A stretch of DNA of 64,000 nt from Balneolales bacterium (GTDB lineage: Bacteria; Bacteroidota; Rhodothermia; Balneolales; DATFMH01), in assembly GCA_035267045.1 (NCBI GenBank), contig DATFMH010000069.1, positions 6,208-70,207 of the forward strand, given 5' to 3'. Both the position numbers and the translations under genes were made by a program. This document shows positions 1 through 7,552 of this stretch, one piece after another. The notes beneath the pieces are model-generated. The model saw only the letters and a program-made list of their open reading frames with translations, was not told the origin of the DNA and made no database searches. Position 1 is the first letter of the stretch. Each line of letters starts with the position of its first letter.

Positions 1-2
1 GC

Positions 3-1022
3 CATGTAAAAGGAACAATGGATTCCGGTAAAACATATACTATAACCGGAGATATTTATGTTGATGCCGGGGATACCCTCATGGTAAAACCTGGTGTAAC
101 CGTAAATGTGAAAAATAATTCCACATTCTTCATCAATGGAACTATTATGTCGATGGGTACACAAAGTCAACCCATTACCTTTACCGCACCACAAAAGCAA
201 TCAGGTTCCTGGGGCGGTTTCCAGGCCGACTCTGCCCAGGCTGTGACCTTCCATTGGACCCATATCAACTATACAGGTGGACCTGATCCGACAGGTAGTC
301 CTCGTGTTACACTCGTTGTACACGCACCTATTAAAGTTGATTTCGAAGATTCCTGGATTTTAGATGGGGTTGATAACGCGCTTGAAGTAAATGATGGTGC
401 ACAACTCACTATGCTCAGAAATACCATTGAACACCAGGGAAGTACGGATGGTGAAGGTTTTGATTGTTATCGTGGAGTAACCGGTACAATCGCTTATAAC
501 GTCATCTGGGGTGGTGCCGGAAACGGTCTGAAAATTCAAACAGACAACACCATATTACATCCGGAAACCAATCTGAAAATCTATAATAACGATTTCATTG
601 ATAACGGTTATCGCCGTGGTGCAGCCGAACCGGGTGCCGGTATCACATTTGATCAGTTTGCCGAAGGTGAAATCTACAATAATATGTTCATTAGTAATTA
701 TTATGGATTGGCAATCAATAAAGCGGCCGATACTACAAATACCTCTTATGGTAATAATTACTTCTGGACGGATGTGGATTCTACCCGTCAATATTACTAC
801 CCACAAGGTGACTGGGGTAAACCACAATCTTCGGATATTATATCAACCAGTGCTTCGGACAAAAACCCGATGTTCAAGAGTTATTCCAAAGATCCGATGG
901 CAGCAACCGATAATAATGATTACCACCTGCAATCTGGTTCCCCTGCAATCGGTGCCGGTAATCCGAAATATAACAACGATATCGGTGCGTACCCGTCCGA
1001 TGGTAGTGGTAATAAGCACTAA
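3..1022 (+). CDS. right-handed parallel beta-helix repeat protein, C-terminal part (5' end probably outside window)
   Basis: ORF track 18..1022. The frame stays open back to base 3, so the ATG at 18 may be internal. Repeated rungs (IAYNVIWGG, KIYNNDFIDNG, EIYNNMFISNYYG) are typical of pectate-lyase-fold beta-helices. Confidence 0.6.
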   Translation, partial: HVKGTMDSGKTYTITGDIYVDAGDTLMVKPGVTVNVKNNSTFFINGTIMSMGTQSQPITFTAPQKQSGSWGGFQADSAQAVTFHWTHINYTGGPDPTGSPRVTLVVHAPIKVDFEDSWILDGVDNALEVNDGAQLTMLRNTIEHQGSTDGEGFDCYRGVTGTIAYNVIWGGAGNGLKIQTDNTILHPETNLKIYNNDFIDNGYRRGAAEPGAGITFDQFAEGEIYNNMFISNYYGLAINKAADTTNTSYGNNYFWTDVDSTRQYYYPQGDWGKPQSSDIISTSASDKNPMFKSYSKDPMAATDNNDYHLQSGSPAIGAGNPKYNNDIGAYPSDGSGNKH

Positions 1023-1080
1023 TACTAATTGTCCTTTCCTTCTTAGAACTCACTAACATACAGTTTAAAAACTGCATATA

Positions 1081-1113
1081 AGGCGGAAGTTTGAATAACT
1101 TCCGCCTTTTTAT
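1081..1113 (+). terminator. rho-independent terminator candidate
   Basis: 11-bp perfect stem aggcggaagtt / aacttccgcct with a 5-nt loop, followed by ttttatt, about 60 nt after the stop at 1022. Confidence 0.7.
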
Positions 1114-1169
1114 TAAAGCAAGTTTCAGATCACTATTAAAAAAATTCACAATAAGTAAATGGTTTTTAT

Positions 1170-2186
1170 ATGAAAAATAATAAATGTTTGCTATTCATTT
1201 TCATTGGGCTCTTCATCTTTAGCGTACAGGCCCAGGCTCAAAACATGTTCACCAACTACACCTTAAATAAAATCATTTCCCTACCCGGTAACGGCGGACA
1301 TGATTACCTCTATATCAATCCCGTATCACAACATCTATATGTGACACATGGAACGCATTTGGATGTCATTAACCTTAATTCAAAGAAATATATAGGTGCC
1401 ATTGACAAACTTGGTGATATTCATGGTGTGGCCATTGATAACAAATTGAACCGTGGTTTTGTCAGTGATAATGGCAAACGCTCTGTTGATGTTTTCAATC
1501 CTAAAACTCTTAAACTAATTAAGATCATCCCTTTAAAAGGAAAAGATGAGGATGCAACTATTTTAGATCCTGTATCTAATAAAGTTTTCGTTTTTGAAGG
1601 GGACAGTCGTCAGGTTGAAGTGATTGATCCTGAAACACTGAAAGAAGTGGCTGTGATTCCATTGGGTGGAAAGCCTGAATTCGCTGTATCAAATGATAAA
1701 GGATTGATCTATAACAACCTGGAAGATATTCATAAAGTGGCGGTAATTGATGTTCATACAATGAAGGTTATTAAAAAATATGATTTAGGTCCCTGTAAAA
1801 AACCATCAGGGATGGCTCTTGATAAAATGAATCACAGGATATTTGCCGGATGTCGTGCAAATGAAGGGTTAACCGTTTTAAATGCAATATCCGGTGATAT
1901 CATACAGACTTTGCCAGTTGGTGCCGGAAATGATGCCGTTAAATACGATCCGACGACGCATCTGATTTTTGTTTCCTGTAAAGATGCAACGACCACTGTC
2001 ATTAAACAGAATTCACCCAACCAATATAAAGTTGTTCAGATTTTAAAAACACAAATGGATGCCAGAACCATGGCGCTGGACCACCAAACACATAATATTT
2101 ATCTGAGCACATCCGAATTCAAGGATCATGATGAACATCAAACCGTGCCTAATTCATTTAAGGTATTGGTGTATAAAATGAAATAA
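1170..2186 (+). CDS. secreted YncE-like / YVTN-type beta-propeller protein
   Basis: N-terminal signal peptide (LFIFSVQAQA). Repeated blades of about 40 aa with G-x-x-x-D and V-x-V-I-D motifs (HLYVTHG, RGFVSDN, KVFVFEG, LIYNNLED, RIFAGC, LIFVSC, NIYLSTS). Confidence 0.6.
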   Translation: MKNNKCLLFIFIGLFIFSVQAQAQNMFTNYTLNKIISLPGNGGHDYLYINPVSQHLYVTHGTHLDVINLNSKKYIGAIDKLGDIHGVAIDNKLNRGFVSDNGKRSVDVFNPKTLKLIKIIPLKGKDEDATILDPVSNKVFVFEGDSRQVEVIDPETLKEVAVIPLGGKPEFAVSNDKGLIYNNLEDIHKVAVIDVHTMKVIKKYDLGPCKKPSGMALDKMNHRIFAGCRANEGLTVLNAISGDIIQTLPVGAGNDAVKYDPTTHLIFVSCKDATTTVIKQNSPNQYKVVQILKTQMDARTMALDHQTHNIYLSTSEFKDHDEHQTVPNSFKVLVYKMK

Positions 2187-2250
2187 ATACGAAATCTTTG
2201 GTTTCAACATCATAATATCATGATTTTTCTTTTACTATTTCATTAAGAAA

Positions 2251-2277
2251 TCCCCTTCCACGTCAAATGAAAGGGGA
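2251..2277. terminator. hairpin between convergent genes (possible bidirectional terminator)
   Basis: Stem tcccctt / aagggga with a 13-nt loop, lying between the stop at 2186 (+) and the stop at 2303 (-). The U-tract is weak. Confidence 0.35.
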
Positions 2278-2302
2278 TACAATTGACAGCTTAAAAAATA
2301 GA

Positions 2303-3196
2303 TTATTCCCAAATACCTGTTATGGCTTTATTTGTTGCATCGCCGGCATGTCCAAGACCGTACATATCCTCGATTGTCCGTAAGACACTGTAATGATTGA
2401 TATATTCCTTGAATTTTCCATGCCGGACCATCTGGCCAACAAACAACGTCGGGATATGATTAGCCGGCGTATCATTATCCTCATCATATGTAAGGATAAA
2501 CAAGCTGTTATGTTTCCGGGCCCATTTTATATAGGAACTCATATGAGTTTTCAACCATTTATCACCCCGCTTAATGGTGGCCGGATCCGGACCATTGTGC
2601 ATATCGTTGTCCTCATCCGGAATAACAATGGATACGGTTGGCAATTTGCTGAAATCTTTTGGAAAACTCTTTAGCGTCTTATTAACAGATGCCGGCACCC
2701 CATTTTTCTTATTTCCCTGCCAGTCGACCCATGGATTGTGTTTACGGGCATATACCGGACTCCCGTGTTTGAAGATGCTCTTACCAACACCGCAACCGGT
2801 AAAACCTTCTTTTGGCATATATTCGGAATATCCGCCAAAAGTAAATCCTTTGCTGATCAACTCATGACCTAAGTTTGGTGTGGTAAATGGTGTCTTGCCT
2901 TTCAAACAACCGTCGTCCGTTACTCCTTGTATACTACCTGAATAGAGCGCAATATAATTGGGTTGACTTGGGTGTGATACACCGTGAGCATTTATAAATA
3001 GCGCACCTTCCGTTGCAAGTTTATTAATATAAGTGGCCTTTTGTGAACCTATTATTTGATGGGAGGCATGATTTTCTTCAATAACGATGACTACATGATC
3101 TGGTTTCGGTATCACTTGACTATAAGCCGCTATAGTGAAACCAAACATAATCAACATTACAATCAATATGGCTGTCCTGTTTTTAACATAATCCAT
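2303..3196 (-). CDS. phosphoesterase family protein (AcpA / phospholipase C-like acid phosphatase)
   Basis: Signal or anchor sequence at the N-terminus. Motifs VIVIEENHASHQ, HPSQPNYIALYSG and RKHNPWVDW match the PF04185-type phosphoesterase pattern as I recall it. Confidence 0.6.
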   Translation of the reverse strand: MDYVKNRTAILIVMLIMFGFTIAAYSQVIPKPDHVVIVIEENHASHQIIGSQKATYINKLATEGALFINAHGVSHPSQPNYIALYSGSIQGVTDDGCLKGKTPFTTPNLGHELISKGFTFGGYSEYMPKEGFTGCGVGKSIFKHGSPVYARKHNPWVDWQGNKKNGVPASVNKTLKSFPKDFSKLPTVSIVIPDEDNDMHNGPDPATIKRGDKWLKTHMSSYIKWARKHNSLFILTYDEDNDTPANHIPTLFVGQMVRHGKFKEYINHYSVLRTIEDMYGLGHAGDATNKAITGIWE

Positions 3197-3524
3197 AATA
3201 TATTTCTTTTTATATTTTTTAAAATAAACGAACTATTATTATTTCGATTAAACTAATCAGATAATAGTTGATTGTCTTAAAGAAATTGTTATGATTTCCA
3301 CAATATCATAATGGATTATCTGTAAACGAATAATTCTTGTTTACATTTATCATATAAGTTTTTTTTAGCTCTCACTAAAAAACTATTATTAAAAATAAGT
3401 TATGATTAAAAACTTAAATTTTATTTTTTTAATCTGACTTTATCTCTTTTCTTGCAATAAATTGATATAACATACTAAAAATCAGGTTGTCTGATATCCG
3501 TTATTCAATTACTTCTATTCATCA

Positions 3525-4043
3525 ATGACAAGACCAAATAAAAGTCAATTCCTAAAAAAAAGTATTCGTATTTGGACATCCGTATTGGTTGTATATGCTT
3601 TACTCGTTGTAACCCATAATGGAGAATTTTGGCCTTTCAGTATATATCCCATGTTCTCCCAGGCCGGACAAACGTGGGTAAGAGCATTAACGCGTGATAT
3701 TAGTAATACAACCGATTCTACATTGTGGCATATTACCGAAAGTGAAGAAACGCTCCCTGGTAAGCCTTTCCCGTTAAAATTAGTTCATACACATCGAAAT
3801 GATTTAGCCAACTATATAAAAAAGTCAGGATATTGGGATCAGGATCGCATTCAGGGATTAAGAAGCCTTTTTGGCAAGCAACTTGATTCAAAAAATTTAT
3901 TAATTGTTTGGGTTGAGGGGCAGGCTAAGAATTCCCCCGATAAACAGAATCTTTCATACGATGTGCGTTATATCCCTTTTGCCTATCTAACGCCCGATAC
4001 TTCAATGATGAATCCCGAGCACAATTTTCATACACACTGGTAA
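3525..4043 (+). CDS. hypothetical membrane-anchored protein (possible SdpA/DUF5819-like partner of the next gene)
   Basis: One N-terminal TM helix (IWTSVLVVYALLVV) followed by an EFWPFSIYPMFS motif. It ends 7 nt before the next ORF on the same strand. The family assignment is only a guess. Confidence 0.4.
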   Translation: MTRPNKSQFLKKSIRIWTSVLVVYALLVVTHNGEFWPFSIYPMFSQAGQTWVRALTRDISNTTDSTLWHITESEETLPGKPFPLKLVHTHRNDLANYIKKSGYWDQDRIQGLRSLFGKQLDSKNLLIVWVEGQAKNSPDKQNLSYDVRYIPFAYLTPDTSMMNPEHNFHTHW

Positions 4044-4049
4044 TATGCT

Positions 4050-4961
4050 ATGAAATTTTTCATTCAATTATTTCAAAATGACAGGTCATGGACAACCGGC
4101 AGGCAATGGCATTTCCGTATTGTTGAATTTGTACTCGTTATTCAACTTATCTATTACGCCTGGAGTTGGGGGTATTATATACAGCATCTTTCAGCAGTTG
4201 TACTTCCGCTTGGGTTAGCGAATTATATGGATGTAAGCGTATTCTTCCATCACAATTACTCTCTTATCCTGGCATTGCTTGCCACTGCAACCGCTTTGTT
4301 GGGCTTCTTTCGTGTGTATCGCTGGAGTTATGCGGTAACGATACTTCTTTTTCATCTCATTTATATATCCCGGTTTTCGCAAGGGGAAATTTCTCATGGA
4401 GCCAACATGTTAGGAGTGTCCATATTGTCTATTGCCATAGCAACCATGAGCTTCGCAAACGAAAAAGAGGTACAAAAATTCACATGGGGACTGATCGTTT
4501 TTCTAGTTGGTTTCAGTTACACTTCAGCGGCCTTTTGCAAACTATTCGGAACGGGATTAAATTGGGCGAATGGCAGTCACTTATGGTTATGGATGCATGA
4601 ATTGGCAACTGATAGACTATCAGAAAACGGAGCGTTTTCATTTAACTTCCTTCAGAAGCTATTATTTCAACATCATTGGATGGCCACAACTATTCTTATG
4701 TCCGGCTGGATAGTGGAGTTTTTAGGATTCACGTTCTGGATAAACAAACTCCGTCCCTATATCACAACACTTCTAATCGGAATGCATGTAGGGATCTATT
4801 TAAGTATGCGTATCAATTTTGTGGATAACTTCGCATTTATGCTGATTATGATCGGATATCCCTGGGACCATCTCATTCATCATATACGCGAAAAATATGC
4901 GGATACATTCAAAGGACTTAAATCATCCCGGATATTATACCCATTTGGTTCCCAACATTAA
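4050..4961 (+). CDS. polytopic membrane protein, HTTM/SdpB-like or DoxX-like
   Basis: About 8 predicted hydrophobic helices. The N-terminal WHFRIVEFVLV segment resembles the start of an HTTM domain. Tightly linked to the preceding ORF. Confidence 0.45.
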   Translation: MKFFIQLFQNDRSWTTGRQWHFRIVEFVLVIQLIYYAWSWGYYIQHLSAVVLPLGLANYMDVSVFFHHNYSLILALLATATALLGFFRVYRWSYAVTILLFHLIYISRFSQGEISHGANMLGVSILSIAIATMSFANEKEVQKFTWGLIVFLVGFSYTSAAFCKLFGTGLNWANGSHLWLWMHELATDRLSENGAFSFNFLQKLLFQHHWMATTILMSGWIVEFLGFTFWINKLRPYITTLLIGMHVGIYLSMRINFVDNFAFMLIMIGYPWDHLIHHIREKYADTFKGLKSSRILYPFGSQH

Positions 4962-5097
4962 ATATCTATTAGTTCATTCATTTCCAAGTGGCACGCCTTT
5001 GTGCCTTTGAAATAAAAAATCACATCCCAAAATAAAACAAGAATAATACCTCTGCTGATCTATTATTATATATCCATGAGAATTCATCATTTTTATG

Positions 5098-5363
5098 TAA
5101 TTTAACCTGAATTCGACATAAGTAAATTATGGTACACTAGTTCCAAATATAACGATGACGATGGATGATAGAACCTGTCTGCCGGCAGGCAGGTGTAGAC
5201 GGTAGTTGTCCGGATGCTATGATCTCTTTTCATAATTAAACAAAAGATAAATGAAAATAGAAGCTCGGGTTAGAAACCTAATTCATTATTACAAATCGGT
5301 CACCGTCCAAGGTCAACCGTCTAAATCCTAATTGTTTAATTATATAGAATTCAGGTTAATTTA
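5098..5363. repeat. MITE-like element bounded by 17-bp terminal inverted repeats
   Basis: Left arm taatttaacctgaattc (5098-5114) versus right arm gaattcaggttaattta (5347-5363), 16/17 complementary. The interior carries the ctgccggcag palindrome and gaccgtcta-type word modules. Confidence 0.4.
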
Positions 5364-5399
5364 TATTCAAATATCAGTGACATTAATATCATAAAGAGG

Positions 5400-5777
5400 A
5401 TGACTTCAGAAATTACTATAGTGGATAAATTTATCATTATCGGTGACAGGGTATTATTAAAACCTAAATCTAAAGATAATAAGACCAAAAGTGGTCTTTA
5501 TCTGCCACCCGGAATACAGGAAAAAGAAAGCATCCAAAGTGGTTATGTGGTAAAGACAGGACCAGGATACGCAGCTGCCCCGCCGTCTGATATCGATGAG
5601 CCATGGAAAGAAGCGGCTGACAGTCCTAAATATATACCTTTGCAGGCTAAACCCGGTGATCTGGCTATTTATTTGCAAGGCCAGTCACATGAAATTGAAT
5701 ACGAAAACGAAAAGTATATCATAGTTCCTCATTCAGCAATCTTGTTACTTATAAGGGATGGCCTAACTGCTGGTTAA
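5400..5777 (+). CDS. GroES (Cpn10) family co-chaperonin-like protein, long form, no adjacent groEL
   Basis: The pattern IIGDRVLLKP...KTKSGLYLP...GYVVKTGPG...KPGDLAIY...YIIVPHSAILLLI follows the Cpn10 fold, with an insertion of about 25 aa. A Shine-Dalgarno-like agagga precedes the ATG. Confidence 0.6.
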   Translation: MTSEITIVDKFIIIGDRVLLKPKSKDNKTKSGLYLPPGIQEKESIQSGYVVKTGPGYAAAPPSDIDEPWKEAADSPKYIPLQAKPGDLAIYLQGQSHEIEYENEKYIIVPHSAILLLIRDGLTAG

Positions 5778-5871
5778 CAGGGAATAAACTCATTCTGACC
5801 GCTGTTTATAAATGATTAATTTGTATATATTTACGTAAACTACGTTTATCACGACAATTAAAGGGGGATTT

Positions 5872-6789
5872 ATGAATATCAGCCGTCGACAATTTTTATC
5901 TCAAACGGCAATGGCCGCCTCGGTAAGTTTGCTTCCTCTACCGGGATGGTTGTTCAAATCCGACGATAGTCATTTTCATGAAATACAAAAAGGCATCGGA
6001 ACGTATATCAATCGTGGCGGGACAATCGGCTGGTATACCCGGAATGATGTACTTGTTGTTATCGATACACAATTCCCTGATACGGCTAAAGATTTTTTAA
6101 TGGGTGTGCAAAAACGATCTAAACGTGAGATTGATGTTCTCATCAACACCCATCATCACCGTGATCATACCGGTGGAAACCCCATCCTCAAGCCGGTTGC
6201 AGTAAAAGCAGTTGCCCAGAAAAATGTACCTGTCTTGCAAAGACAAGCCGCTGAAAAACAGGGAACACTCGATAAACAAGTATATGCTGATACACTTTTT
6301 GAAAAAGAATGGTCGCAGGATATGGGAAAAGAAAAGATAAACTGCACCTATTATGGTCCCGCACATACCGGTGGCGACTCCATTTCCCATTTTGAGAATG
6401 CGAATATTGTTCATATGGGTGATCTTATCTTCAATAGAATTCACCCTTTTATCGATATTGACGCCGGGGGATCGATATTACACTGGAAAGAGATCCTGGA
6501 TCAGACATTAAAAAAATATGATAATGAAACTGTATTCATTTTTGGTCACGGAAACGAGAAGTACGGTGTCACCGGTCATAAAAAAGATGTCGCTGTACTC
6601 AGAGATTATTTCGATGCTTTGCAGGAACATGTTCAAAAAGGTATACAGACAGGAACGTCGAGAAATGAAATCACAAGTCTAAAGACACTGAAAGGTTTTG
6701 AAGACTTTAAATCCTATGGAGAACATTTCAGCCTGCCCTACAACATTGGCCTGACCTATGATGAGATGAAAAAAGTGGAACGCGGATGA
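5872..6789 (+). CDS. Tat-exported MBL-fold metallo-hydrolase
   Basis: Twin-arginine signal MNISRRQFLSQTAMAA. Metal-binding motif HHHRDHTGG, plus downstream GPAHTGGD and HMGD. Confidence 0.75.
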   Translation: MNISRRQFLSQTAMAASVSLLPLPGWLFKSDDSHFHEIQKGIGTYINRGGTIGWYTRNDVLVVIDTQFPDTAKDFLMGVQKRSKREIDVLINTHHHRDHTGGNPILKPVAVKAVAQKNVPVLQRQAAEKQGTLDKQVYADTLFEKEWSQDMGKEKINCTYYGPAHTGGDSISHFENANIVHMGDLIFNRIHPFIDIDAGGSILHWKEILDQTLKKYDNETVFIFGHGNEKYGVTGHKKDVAVLRDYFDALQEHVQKGIQTGTSRNEITSLKTLKGFEDFKSYGEHFSLPYNIGLTYDEMKKVERG

Positions 6790-6930
6790 CGCAGATTTTT
6801 TAATAAAAGACGACGGATCACGAGTCCTCAGATAACAGATGAGCCAGAAGCAAGTAACTAACCGTTTATCAGCGATAATCTGTGTAATCGACGAATCAGA
6901 CAAAAAAACGTCCACTCTCAACCTATGACC

Positions 6931-7014
6931 GGTGGGCTCCACTTAAAAAGTGGTGTCCACCTTTTCATTCTCCTTGCCTGTTTTAGATGGACACCACTTT
7001 ATAGGTGGAGCCCA
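6931..7014. repeat. long imperfect hairpin / inverted repeat
   Basis: tgggctccac (6933-6942) pairs with gtggagccca (7005-7014). gtggtgtcca (6950-6959) pairs with tggacaccac (6988-6997). Each arm is also locally palindromic. Confidence 0.6.
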
Positions 7015-7133
7015 TTGAGTAAAATCTTAAAAATAATCCAGGTCCATCCTTACAATACTGATTCTAAAAAGAAAGATAACCACAGAGAACGAAATAATAT
7101 TGAGTAATTTGTGTTTAATCAAACAATAATAAT

Positions 7134-7247
7134 CTGTCATTTCGACCGAAGCGGAGAAATCTATCAACGGATAGATACTTCATATCATTTATAAACACAT
7201 GAATGTTTAAAGCCTTTATAGATCCCTCCATTTCGTCGGGATGACAG
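7134..7247. repeat. inverted pair of gtcatttcg...ggagaaatc type repeat units
   Basis: ctgtcatttcgaccgaagcggagaaatcta (7134-7163) and tagatccctccatttcgtcgggatgacag (7219-7247) are imperfect reverse complements. A related unit, cgtcattccggtcgaagtggagaaatcctc, lies at 20451-20480. Confidence 0.55.
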
Positions 7248-7552
7248 TGTTGAGCTGCTATAAGATTAAGAAATCGAAGCATCAACGTGTTTTAATGTTT
7301 GTAACCTGGAACATTATCCTGAAAACGGGTCACAAGCTGCAAACATGCAACCTACTTTAAAGCGGATCCACTTCTATCAGCCCGACGGAATTAAACCCTT
7401 TGTCCGAGTCCTTTCATAAAGCTGAACTAATACTGTTTACCAATCACTGTTAACTGTAACGCGCCATGCTCTTTGCTCTGTGCTGCAAATCTGCGCAGAT
7501 CCGTGGCTTATTTCCCCGTTCTCCGTATTCCGGTTTCATCTGCGGTTCATCA

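Noticed and set aside
6925-7107. 60-aa ORF in the large convergent spacer.
   Set aside because: It is translated straight across the 84-nt hairpin (the mirrored peptide segments GGLHLKSGVH and WTPLYRWSPL are artefacts of the inverted repeat). It has no start context and no coding-like composition.
6790-7552. Possible CRISPR array or other regular repeat array in the module-rich spacers.
   Set aside because: The repeated words are 7-10 nt, imperfect and contiguous. There is no alternation of a constant 25-40 nt repeat with unique spacers, and no cas genes are present in the window.
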